From: a virus
Taxonomy: Duplodnaviria; Caudoviricetes
Direction: 5' to 3' (one strand)
Length of the DNA: 30,422 nucleotides
IMG/VR virus record: IMGVR_UViG_3300005805_000315
Coordinates: 1-30,422 of that record
Shown one piece after another: positions 1-6,168 of this stretch. Position 1 is the stretch's first letter, and the number at the start of each line of letters is the position of its first letter. Below the pieces are notes generated by a model. That model had not been told where the DNA came from, did not search any database, and was given only the letters and a program-made list of their open reading frames with translations. Made by a program: the position numbers and the translations under genes.

Positions 1-279
1 CTCCACTCTTGCTGTAGTGGATGAGGAAGTTGGTGCTGTTTCTACAGCTACTGGTTGTGTATTTCTAGTTCTACGTCTTTTTGAACCAGTCCACTCAGCA
101 ATTTTATAAGTGCGCTTGGAAAGGTTAAGAAGCGTGTGATAGAAAGACACTACAGGTCTGTTGTACACTGAAGCCATTCTTGTAGCAATTCTGTAAATAG
201 GCTCTCCTGTACGGATCATTTCTTTCAATTTTTGGATGTCTTGGTCTGTTAAAGACACGAAGTTTTCTCTTTTTGCCAT
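1..279 (-). CDS. hypothetical protein, partial (3' end outside window), possible HTH-like N-terminus
   Basis: Not in ORF track. ATG at 279 after an AT-rich leader; open to the window edge: MAKRENFVSLTDQDIQKLKEMIRTGEPIYRIATRMASVYNRPVVSFYHTLLNLSKRTYKIAEWTGSKRRR... Confidence 0.75.
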   Translation of the reverse strand, partial: MAKRENFVSLTDQDIQKLKEMIRTGEPIYRIATRMASVYNRPVVSFYHTLLNLSKRTYKIAEWTGSKRRRTRNTQPVAVETAPTSSSTTARVE

Positions 280-311
280 TTTGTTTAGATTTTATTGGAT
301 TATTAAATAAT

Positions 312-887
312 TTACCAGATTTCAAATCCTCCACATTTGCGAAGGAAGGTGACAAAATTGTTTACATGATACAGAGGAGCGCTGTGAGCAGGAAACACTA
401 ATTGTCCATTAGATGCCACCACTCCACGGTAGAGAATAGTGCCCAATAGATATTGTGCATTTAGCTCATCCTGTATCTCTTTATCAATGAATGTACCGCT
501 AGAATTGGTCCATGAACCAAGACACAAATAGAATGTATCTTCATCATCATGCATTTCAGCATGGTTTAGCAACATAAATGCTTCCATTGCATCAGCTAGT
601 TGATCACATTCTTCTTGTGTATCAAGGCCACCACCATCATTGAAAGCCCAACCACCTGTATCAAAAGGAAGATTCATCAATCTAATGGCCATATCAGATA
701 TTGCATGTATTGGTCTCCAAGACCAGCAATTAGCTCTAAAATACACGCCAGGATTCCTAGTTTCCCACAGATACATCTCATCATGATATCTACCTTTTTC
801 ATAATCTGTTAGAGAGTGCCAGTCTTCTGGTCTCTCAGGCCTATTTCCATCAGTTTGTGGATTCAGCCCATAGACATCCATTCCCAT
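312..887 (-). CDS. hypothetical phage protein (191 aa)
   Basis: ORF 312..917; the likely start is MGMDVYG at 887 after an AT-rich leader. Contains YFRANCWSWRP and ends FLRKCGGFEIW. Confidence 0.8.
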   Translation of the reverse strand: MGMDVYGLNPQTDGNRPERPEDWHSLTDYEKGRYHDEMYLWETRNPGVYFRANCWSWRPIHAISDMAIRLMNLPFDTGGWAFNDGGGLDTQEECDQLADAMEAFMLLNHAEMHDDEDTFYLCLGSWTNSSGTFIDKEIQDELNAQYLLGTILYRGVVASNGQLVFPAHSAPLYHVNNFVTFLRKCGGFEIW

Positions 888-1081
888 GATTGTGAATTTA
901 AGTTTGATTGATTCCAATCTGACATCATCTGTTGTGCTCTGATAATCCCATCTTTCTTTGTGTGTTCTTTACCCACTCTGAGTTGTTCCATCCACATTTG
1001 AAATTTAGGATCTGATTCTGTTTGTGCTCTTTCAGCCTCAATCTCTTGAAGCCTCTCAATACTAATGTTGTTTAAATTCAT
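863..1081 (-). CDS. hypothetical protein (72 aa)
   Basis: Start at MNLNNISIERL (1081) removes the overlap with the upstream zinc-finger gene; A-rich leader. Confidence 0.7.
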   Translation of the reverse strand: MNLNNISIERLQEIEAERAQTESDPKFQMWMEQLRVGKEHTKKDGIIRAQQMMSDWNQSNLNSQSWEWMSMG

Positions 1082-1100
1082 ATGCTTTTGTTTAAATGAT

Positions 1101-1772
1101 TTAATCATCTCTTTCCACACCATCCCCACCACAAGATGAACATATTGATCCATCATGCATGCCTTCTCCTGAACCATTGCATGCACTACAAAGAACATCC
1201 TCCTCTTCCTCATCAATGTCTTCATCATCTTCCTCAGGATAGATTTCACCATCTCCACCACACACAGAACATGCTACATCAGGTGTAGCACCATATCCTG
1301 ATCCATTACAATGACCACATAACCAAGGACCCTCATCTTCTTCATCCTCATCATACATACCAGGAACAGTGATGGTAATCTTATCTGCATATAGAATTGG
1401 ATTCACCTCTTCCTCATGAGAAAAGTCCCATTCGTCTATCTCCACATCCACATACCCATCAAACTCTTCTAAAAGGAAGTTGATATCCTTTAGCTCTACA
1501 TCTCTAAGCTCATCAAAGTCTGGTCCATCATCCCACCATCCAATCTCATGTGGCTCAGCTATCACCTGCTCATCATAGATTAGATAGGGCTCAACAGGAG
1601 CACCATTTTTAGCTATAAACTCTTCTAATGATTCTAATGGAAACTTGTCCAAGGCCCACACCTCTGTATATTCTTTTCTGGTGCCTGGATTAAGCTTTGT
1701 GATGAACCACATACCTGGTTCTAGTTGCTTAGGCATATAGCTCTTAAGCACGAGTTCAACAGTGAAGTGCAT
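1101..1772 (-). CDS. acidic protein with four DnaJ-type CxxCxGxG zinc-finger motifs, no J-domain
   Basis: CGHCNGSG, CSVCGGDG, CSACNGSG and CSSCGGDG, with D/E-rich linkers; no HPD motif. Confidence 0.8.
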   Translation of the reverse strand: MHFTVELVLKSYMPKQLEPGMWFITKLNPGTRKEYTEVWALDKFPLESLEEFIAKNGAPVEPYLIYDEQVIAEPHEIGWWDDGPDFDELRDVELKDINFLLEEFDGYVDVEIDEWDFSHEEEVNPILYADKITITVPGMYDEDEEDEGPWLCGHCNGSGYGATPDVACSVCGGDGEIYPEEDDEDIDEEEEDVLCSACNGSGEGMHDGSICSSCGGDGVERDD

Positions 1773-1774
1773 AA

Positions 1775-2050
1775 CTATTTGTTTTTGAGATAGTTAAGAA
1801 TGTCCTTCTGTTTGAATGTACGCTTTTGTGGACTAGCAGCACCCATAGGATCTTGTGTATTATCTACACGAACACATTCGTATAGTCCATCTCCTAGGTC
1901 TTTTGTTACCTTCCACGCTTGATACATTGATTTGCCAGCTGTGCCAGCCTCATGTCTTTCAACATGCTTTCTGAAGATTGTTCCCACCATAGATTTTAAT
2001 TTAATGTTGTAAGTGTGTGTTGCATAACGCATTAGATTAGCTGGATTCAT
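1775..2050 (-). CDS. hypothetical protein (91 aa)
   Basis: Tightly packed in the operon; TAG stop 2 nt before the next ATG. Confidence 0.7.
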   Translation of the reverse strand: MNPANLMRYATHTYNIKLKSMVGTIFRKHVERHEAGTAGKSMYQAWKVTKDLGDGLYECVRVDNTQDPMGAASPQKRTFKQKDILNYLKNK

Positions 2051-2141
2051 CGTCTTTTATTTTACTTGTCTGTCTGAGGACATCAATACCTGCATATACA
2101 GTGATGACTATCATAACAACAATAGCTATCATAACTACCAT
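2037..2141 (-). CDS. small single-pass membrane protein (34 aa)
   Basis: Not in track. MVVMIAIVVMIVITVYAGIDVLRQTSKIKDDESS*; fills the gap between neighbours. Confidence 0.55.
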   Translation of the reverse strand: MVVMIAIVVMIVITVYAGIDVLRQTSKIKDDESS

Positions 2142-2146
2142 ATGCT

Positions 2147-2365
2147 TTAGTTTGTCAGGGTGATTGAACCATTAAAATCTTCAAAATTACTCATATTCCA
2201 GTCTGTCACATCCTCAATATCCATTGTTCTAACATAATCTGGACAGTTTAAAGGAATAGCAAGAGTGTCTGCTATGAATAAATAAACGTATCCATCATCC
2301 TTACTTGTCATAAGTTTGGGATACTTGCTTGTTGACTTTTTAGTCACTGATGCATTAATTGCCAT
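2147..2365 (-). CDS. hypothetical protein (72 aa)
   Basis: ATG after an AT-rich leader (AAATCAATTATTTATG); in the operon. Confidence 0.7.
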   Translation of the reverse strand: MAINASVTKKSTSKYPKLMTSKDDGYVYLFIADTLAIPLNCPDYVRTMDIEDVTDWNMSNFEDFNGSITLTN

Positions 2366-2400
2366 AAATAATTGATTTACAATTTGTTGTGTTAATAATT

Positions 2401-2568
2401 TGCATGAATTTTACCGAAAATGTCATGCATTTACTTCCTGATTTGGCCATTTATAGCTCACACATGAGCGATAATGTGACTTATAAAGGACCAATATGAG
2501 CCATAAAGTGCCTTTTATGACACATTATGGGTGTTTTTGGGTGTGGATACAGTTTTACGTACGTAAAA
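2401..2568. repeat. intergenic cluster of imperfect inverted repeats and degenerate ATGWGNCATAA-like motifs, plus a 16-bp perfect palindrome
   Basis: TGCATGA..TCATGCA (2401-2429); TTATAGCTCA/TGAGCGATAA (2451-2474); 2471-2491 versus the reverse complement of 2508-2528 (16/21); TTTTACGTACGTAAAA (2553-2568). Confidence 0.6.
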
Positions 2569-2589
2569 GTGTGATTTACAACACTTTTT

Positions 2590-2787
2590 CTAACATAACA
2601 CAAATGGGCAAAATTTTACAAACCTTACACCCTTAGTTTTTCTTGTTGAAGCGGGATTATGCTTTCTAAACAGAGCTATAGCTTCCTTTTTAGTGTAGAA
2701 CTCAAAGCGCTCAATAATATAGCCTCCATAATGATCTTCTGCCCAAATGAAATATGCTCCATTCTTTGGGTGTTTAAATACATTCAT
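2590..2787 (-). CDS. hypothetical protein (65 aa)
   Basis: Likely start MNVFKHPK at 2787; the track's start lies inside a terminator hairpin. Confidence 0.7.
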   Translation of the reverse strand: MNVFKHPKNGAYFIWAEDHYGGYIIERFEFYTKKEAIALFRKHNPASTRKTKGVRFVKFCPFVLC

Positions 2788-2799
2788 AATTAATAGTTT

Positions 2800-2837
2800 A
2801 AAAAAGGAACAGCCCATATTTCAGGGCTGTCCTTTCC
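2800..2837 (-). terminator. intrinsic terminator
   Basis: Minus strand GGAAAGGACAGCCC-TGAAATAT-GGGCTGTTCCTTTTTT. Confidence 0.75.
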
Positions 2838-2841
2838 ATCC

Positions 2842-2994
2842 TTAATAACCCAACCCTTCGAGTTCATGTGCATTTGCTTCCACAATGATACTACTGTGAC
2901 TAATTGAAAGCAGCACAAAGAAGATATTCCTAAGATTAGCAAGCTTTCTAAAATTGTCGAACTCTCTGGGTGAAGTGAAGGTGATTGTTTTCAT
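2842..2994 (-). CDS. hypothetical protein (50 aa)
   Basis: Not in track. MKTITFTSPREFDNFRKLANLRNIFFVLLSISHSSIIVEANAHELEGLGY*; directly followed by a terminator. Confidence 0.65.
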   Translation of the reverse strand: MKTITFTSPREFDNFRKLANLRNIFFVLLSISHSSIIVEANAHELEGLGY

Positions 2995-3025
2995 TTTGAA
3001 TTATTGAAGGGTTAAAGAATAAGTG

Positions 3026-3157
3026 TTATAGGGCTTTCCACTTTTTACCTACAGTGCCTGTAGGTTCTATAGCTCTGCCTTTGCAGCCATACCCATTTGT
3101 ACGACAGCTCTGTAACATAAATATAGCAATAAATGCTAATAGGAATAGCTTTCTCAT
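3026..3157 (-). CDS. putative micro-lipoprotein (43 aa)
   Basis: Not in track. MRKLFLLAFIAIFMLQS-CRTNGYGCKGRAIEPTGTVGKKWKAL*: basic N-terminus, hydrophobic core and lipobox LQSC; TAATG coupling to the upstream gene. Confidence 0.7.
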   Translation of the reverse strand: MRKLFLLAFIAIFMLQSCRTNGYGCKGRAIEPTGTVGKKWKAL

Positions 3158-3336
3158 TAGAACTTATTTTTAGGGTTAAGAATGTTCTCTTCATCATCCA
3201 TTCCTCTGTAAACACCATAACAGGCGTTGTCCCAATACTTAGCATCCCACATAATGAGGCTAACAAAAGCATTCCAGGTGAGATATGGTGCAACTAATAC
3301 TAGAGATACACCATAATAGATCCATTTTAATAACAT
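3157..3336 (-). CDS. small membrane protein (59 aa)
   Basis: Not in track. MLLKWIYYGVSLVLVAPYLTWNAFVSLIMWDAKYWDNAC...NPKNKF*; leader AAATCAATCAGTTATG. Confidence 0.65.
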   Translation of the reverse strand: MLLKWIYYGVSLVLVAPYLTWNAFVSLIMWDAKYWDNACYGVYRGMDDEENILNPKNKF

Positions 3337-3349
3337 AACTGATTGATTT

Positions 3350-3547
3350 TTAATGATTAATAATTAGATTACCAACAAATGTATGTTTATCATACAACGT
3401 ATACACTGTATGTGTAGAATCCTCATACAAAGGCCTTGCTACAAACTCTGTAGGAAGCTTTATTTTATTGTCCTTCGTAAGGACGAATTGCCATATTTGG
3501 GCAGCTGTAAGAGCAGCCAATACAACATAAATGATTCTATCTTTCAC
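3350..3547 (-). CDS. N-terminally membrane-anchored hypothetical protein (65 aa)
   Basis: GTG start after AAATCAATTAGTT; hydrophobic IIYVVLAALTAAQIWQFVL. Confidence 0.65.
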   Translation of the reverse strand: MKDRIIYVVLAALTAAQIWQFVLTKDNKIKLPTEFVARPLYEDSTHTVYTLYDKHTFVGNLIINH

Positions 3548-3570
3548 AACTAATTGATTTAAAAATGAAT

Positions 3571-3601
3571 AAAAGGGGGGCAGCGTAGAAACGCACCCCC
3601 G
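3571..3601 (-). terminator. intrinsic terminator
   Basis: Minus strand GGGGGTGCGTTTCTACGCTGCCCCCCTTTT. Confidence 0.75.
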
Positions 3602-3610
3602 TATGCTTGC

Positions 3611-3784
3611 TTATGAAACTCTTTGAGCATTATCGATCATTTCAGCCACCTTTAGAGCCATTTCCTCATCAGGAGCCCAAATGTGGTTGTCACCAATAAT
3701 GAATAGCTTGTTTTCTATTCTGGCAGGTTTAACATCCTCTCCTTCATCATAGTCAGAGAGCTGTTGTTGTGGTTTACTTTTCAT
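3611..3784 (-). CDS. hypothetical protein (57 aa)
   Basis: Likely start MKSKPQQ at 3784, overlapping the end of the upstream gene; followed by a terminator. Confidence 0.65.
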   Translation of the reverse strand: MKSKPQQQLSDYDEGEDVKPARIENKLFIIGDNHIWAPDEEMALKVAEMIDNAQRVS

Positions 3785-3965
3785 ATGTTTCAGGTTTACC
3801 GCCAATATACAGGCAAAATAGAAAGTTGATTATCGATAGGATAAGACCAAATGTATAGAACCAATAGCTCATAATTTGTCTCTCACCCACCATACCAACA
3901 AATACGTGTGCTAATAGCCAGATGGTAGATAATACAAACCACCATCCCCAATTGTACTCTTTCAT
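3774..3965 (-). CDS. small two-TM membrane protein (63 aa)
   Basis: Two hydrophobic segments: WWFVLSTIWLLAHVFVGMV and YWFYTFGLILSIINFLFCLYI. Confidence 0.65.
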   Translation of the reverse strand: MKEYNWGWWFVLSTIWLLAHVFVGMVGERQIMSYWFYTFGLILSIINFLFCLYIGGKPETYEK

Positions 3966-3999
3966 GTGTTTTTAATTTAAATGATTGATTAATAATGAC

Positions 4000-4383
4000 T
4001 TATCTTTCATATGACTGACTTTCAAAGGCATTGAGATCACTGTCATTCTTTCTATCTTCCTCTGTATAATCATCATCCCACTCATCAAACTCAGGATATT
4101 CAATAGCTTCCTCCCTAATCAGTAGATAGTCAGGAAGCAATGACTCAAACTGTCTTGCTAACTCCATTCTCCAATTAGGAAATGTTTCCACCATTTCCCC
4201 ATCATAGTCTTGAAGTGTAACACTCTCAAAACCATTATCGTGTGCACCTTCTGTTATATAAATAGCTTGAGCATCATTATTAACGTGATACACCTGCCAT
4301 ATCAGGCCACCTTTACTGTTACGAATAACTAGTGTCTTAGGCCAAAGACTGTCTGTTGAAATGTTGTTAAACTCTTTTTCCAT
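4000..4383 (-). CDS. hypothetical protein with acidic C-terminus (127 aa)
   Basis: Likely start MEKEFNN at 4383 after an AT-rich leader. Confidence 0.75.
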   Translation of the reverse strand: MEKEFNNISTDSLWPKTLVIRNSKGGLIWQVYHVNNDAQAIYITEGAHDNGFESVTLQDYDGEMVETFPNWRMELARQFESLLPDYLLIREEAIEYPEFDEWDDDYTEEDRKNDSDLNAFESQSYER

Positions 4384-4417
4384 AACAAAATGATTTAAAT
4401 GATTGATTATTAAGGAT

Positions 4418-4591
4418 TTATTTATCTTGTAATAGATTAGACCACACAATAGGCAGCCCAAATAATAACACCAAATAGGTTATCCCAACCCATTGATTAG
4501 GATTGGTATCCTCAGGAGATGGTTCAGCACCTAATAGGCACAATAACAGCACCCATAGGACAAATAGAATAGTTCCAATAGCTTTTTTCAT
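4418..4591 (-). CDS. small two-TM membrane protein (57 aa)
   Basis: Likely start MKKAIGTILFVLWVLLLCLLG at 4591; second hydrophobic segment WVGITYLVLLFGLPIVW. Confidence 0.65.
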   Translation of the reverse strand: MKKAIGTILFVLWVLLLCLLGAEPSPEDTNPNQWVGITYLVLLFGLPIVWSNLLQDK

Positions 4592-4928
4592 AACAAGCGT
4601 TTTAAAGCGAATACACAAGCTTTATGTTGCCTCAGCATTGTGTATCCTGTTGTATTTACATAATTTATGCAACAAACAATATCCCTCTGCACTCAGGTAA
4701 TAGAAAACATGGGTAAATCAGGATATTTACTTAGTATTTTACATCTATTACATCTGCTATCCCTTGGGAGCTGATTAGGAGAAGCACAATCACCATTAAG
4801 GCTTGCTCACTTACGTCTAACTAATCAGGTGGTTTCACATCTTAGGTCCCGCTGTATAACTCAGGGGTTTTACATCCGTATAAATAGGATAACTAAGAAG
4901 TCTTCATATCCACGATAGATGGTGCATT

Positions 4929-4957
4929 AAAAGAAAAGAGCCCTGTTACAGGCTCTT
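4929..4957 (-). terminator. intrinsic terminator
   Basis: Minus strand AAGAGCC-TGTAACAG-GGCTCTTTTCTTTT. Confidence 0.7.
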
Positions 4958-4967
4958 ATATTGCATA

Positions 4968-5093
4968 TTATAGGATTATTGTATAATTATTACGAATACC
5001 CTGTAACATAAGCTGTTCTTGTCTAAGTGGATTAGATATGTTAGCATTAATCCACTTGGCTAATTCAATAGCGTTGTTAAATGTCTTTTTCAT
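4968..5093 (-). CDS. hypothetical protein (41 aa)
   Basis: Not in track. MKKTFNNAIELAKWINANISNPLRQEQLMLQGIRNNYTIIL*; followed by a terminator. Confidence 0.55.
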   Translation of the reverse strand: MKKTFNNAIELAKWINANISNPLRQEQLMLQGIRNNYTIIL

Positions 5094-5236
5094 AAACAAA
5101 TGTTATTTAATGCTATATTTATAGTTTATAGCGTTTTACAATTGAGAAGTGGTGATAATAGGCCTAAAAGTGTGTATGGGTTATACAGCATCTCTCATCT
5201 CTCTGTAAATCAATGAGTTGTGATGCGTTTTCTAGA

Positions 5237-5263
5237 GCCCACCCTATCTTTGGCCCACCCTAT
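5237..5263. repeat. 11-bp direct repeat GCCCACCCTAT x2
   Basis: Copies at 5237-5247 and 5253-5263. Confidence 0.7.
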
Positions 5264-5269
5264 ATATAA

Positions 5270-5294
5270 GGAAAGAGCCCCGAAGGGCTCTTCC
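5270..5294 (-). terminator. UUCG hairpin, probable terminator
   Basis: Minus strand AAGAGCCC-TTCG-GGGCTCTTTCC, just after the stop at 5301; the U-tract is weak. Confidence 0.6.
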
Positions 5295-5300
5295 TGTTCA

Positions 5301-5696
5301 TTAGAACGCTACCAAATCATCAAGCTCGATTGCAGCAGGCTCGAACTCAGTGATTTTCAAGCTGTCAACAGACTGCTCGATCAGCTGACCACCACTATTA
5401 GGCATTGTAATGACGTAGATTGTCTCACCTTTAGTAGTGAGTTGCTCTGTCACGACAAATCCCAACAGGTTGCTAACGGTGATTTCTTTAGCACGCACAC
5501 CTTTGCTGACTGCCTCTGAGCACAGGATCATGGCACTATCGCCACTCTTCTTAGTGAGGATCACAGCCACACGCTTGTCCTCATCAGCAAGGTTTTTAGG
5601 AATTAAGGCAATTTTACCGCCTTTACCCACTAATGAGTGAACTGTCCCAAGTTCAACTCTGTCTTGTCTTTCATACTTTCCAAACTTCAATGCCAT
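5301..5696 (-). CDS. hypothetical protein, first gene of the leftward arm (131 aa)
   Basis: Likely start MALKFGKY at 5696 after AAAAAACATTTTAAA; the track's extension runs into the G-rich non-coding region. Confidence 0.8.
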   Translation of the reverse strand: MALKFGKYERQDRVELGTVHSLVGKGGKIALIPKNLADEDKRVAVILTKKSGDSAMILCSEAVSKGVRAKEITVSNLLGFVVTEQLTTKGETIYVITMPNSGGQLIEQSVDSLKITEFEPAAIELDDLVAF

Positions 5697-5795
5697 TTTA
5701 AAATGTTTTTTGGTTAATAATTGATCGGGGGATACCCCCAACCCTGGCCAAACTAGGAGGGGTTGCTGTTGGAAGTACCCTACCCTCCCATGCAC

Positions 5796-5904
5796 AGGGG
5801 GGATTTTTCACGTGGAACATTGATAGGGGGGCCTTTCTGGATGAGCTCTAAAGGAGGGGGTGTAAAGCTATGGCTTCACTAACCCAGGGGGAATGTAAAG
5901 CTAT
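5796..5904 (+). repeat. phased AGGGGG array (4 copies, ~30-bp period) with TGTAAAGCTAT direct repeat
   Basis: AGGGGG starts at 5796, 5825, 5855 and 5886 (spacings 29, 30, 31); TGTAAAGCTAT at 5861-5871 and 5894-5904. Confidence 0.65.
5804..5819 (-). promoter_or_regulatory. parS-like site
   Basis: Minus strand TGTTCCACGTGAAAAA; one mismatch to the parS consensus TGTTNCACGTGAAACA. Confidence 0.45.
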
Positions 5905-5927
5905 TCCTTTACCCCCAGAAAAATAAA

Positions 5928-5960
5928 TTTGGAAATGATATATGATATGTTGTAACTTTG
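5928..5960 (+). promoter_or_regulatory. Bacteroidota sigma-A type promoter
   Basis: TTTG (5928-5931), 21-nt spacer, TAACTTTG (5953-5960); matches the -33/-7 consensus. Confidence 0.7.
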
Positions 5961-6121
5961 GGGCGGTTGGGTGGGTAGGGATGTATTACCTCCTACAGAT
6001 AGGTAGTCAATTGGTGCTGTGAATGGTCAACGGATGTCTCCATAACCACTGATAATAGAATGGGGATAGTGTATCTGGTAGGGAAATAAGACATAATATA
6101 GCAATAAGATAAAAGATTGTA

Positions 6122-6153
6122 TTTGACTATGTTATAAAGTCTTCCTATCTTTG
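6122..6153 (+). promoter_or_regulatory. Bacteroidota sigma-A type promoter
   Basis: TTTG (6122-6125), 20-nt spacer, TATCTTTG (6146-6153), 15 nt upstream of the ATG at 6169. Confidence 0.75.
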
Positions 6154-6168
6154 TATCAACTATTTATT

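Noticed and set aside
125-355. Track ORF 125..355 (-)
   Set aside because: The alternative frame 1..279 has an ATG, a good leader and no overlap with the upstream gene.
3045-3293. Track ORF 3045..3293 (-)
   Set aside because: Better explained by two coupled genes, 3157..3336 and 3026..3157.
600-5640. Plus-strand ORFs 600..812, 4503..4700, 5220..5519 and 5437..5640
   Set aside because: Antisense shadows of minus-strand genes with no recognisable motifs.
4600-6165. tRNA genes
   Set aside because: No cloverleaf with a T-loop GTTCRA recognised by eye; tRNAscan-SE would be needed to exclude them fully.
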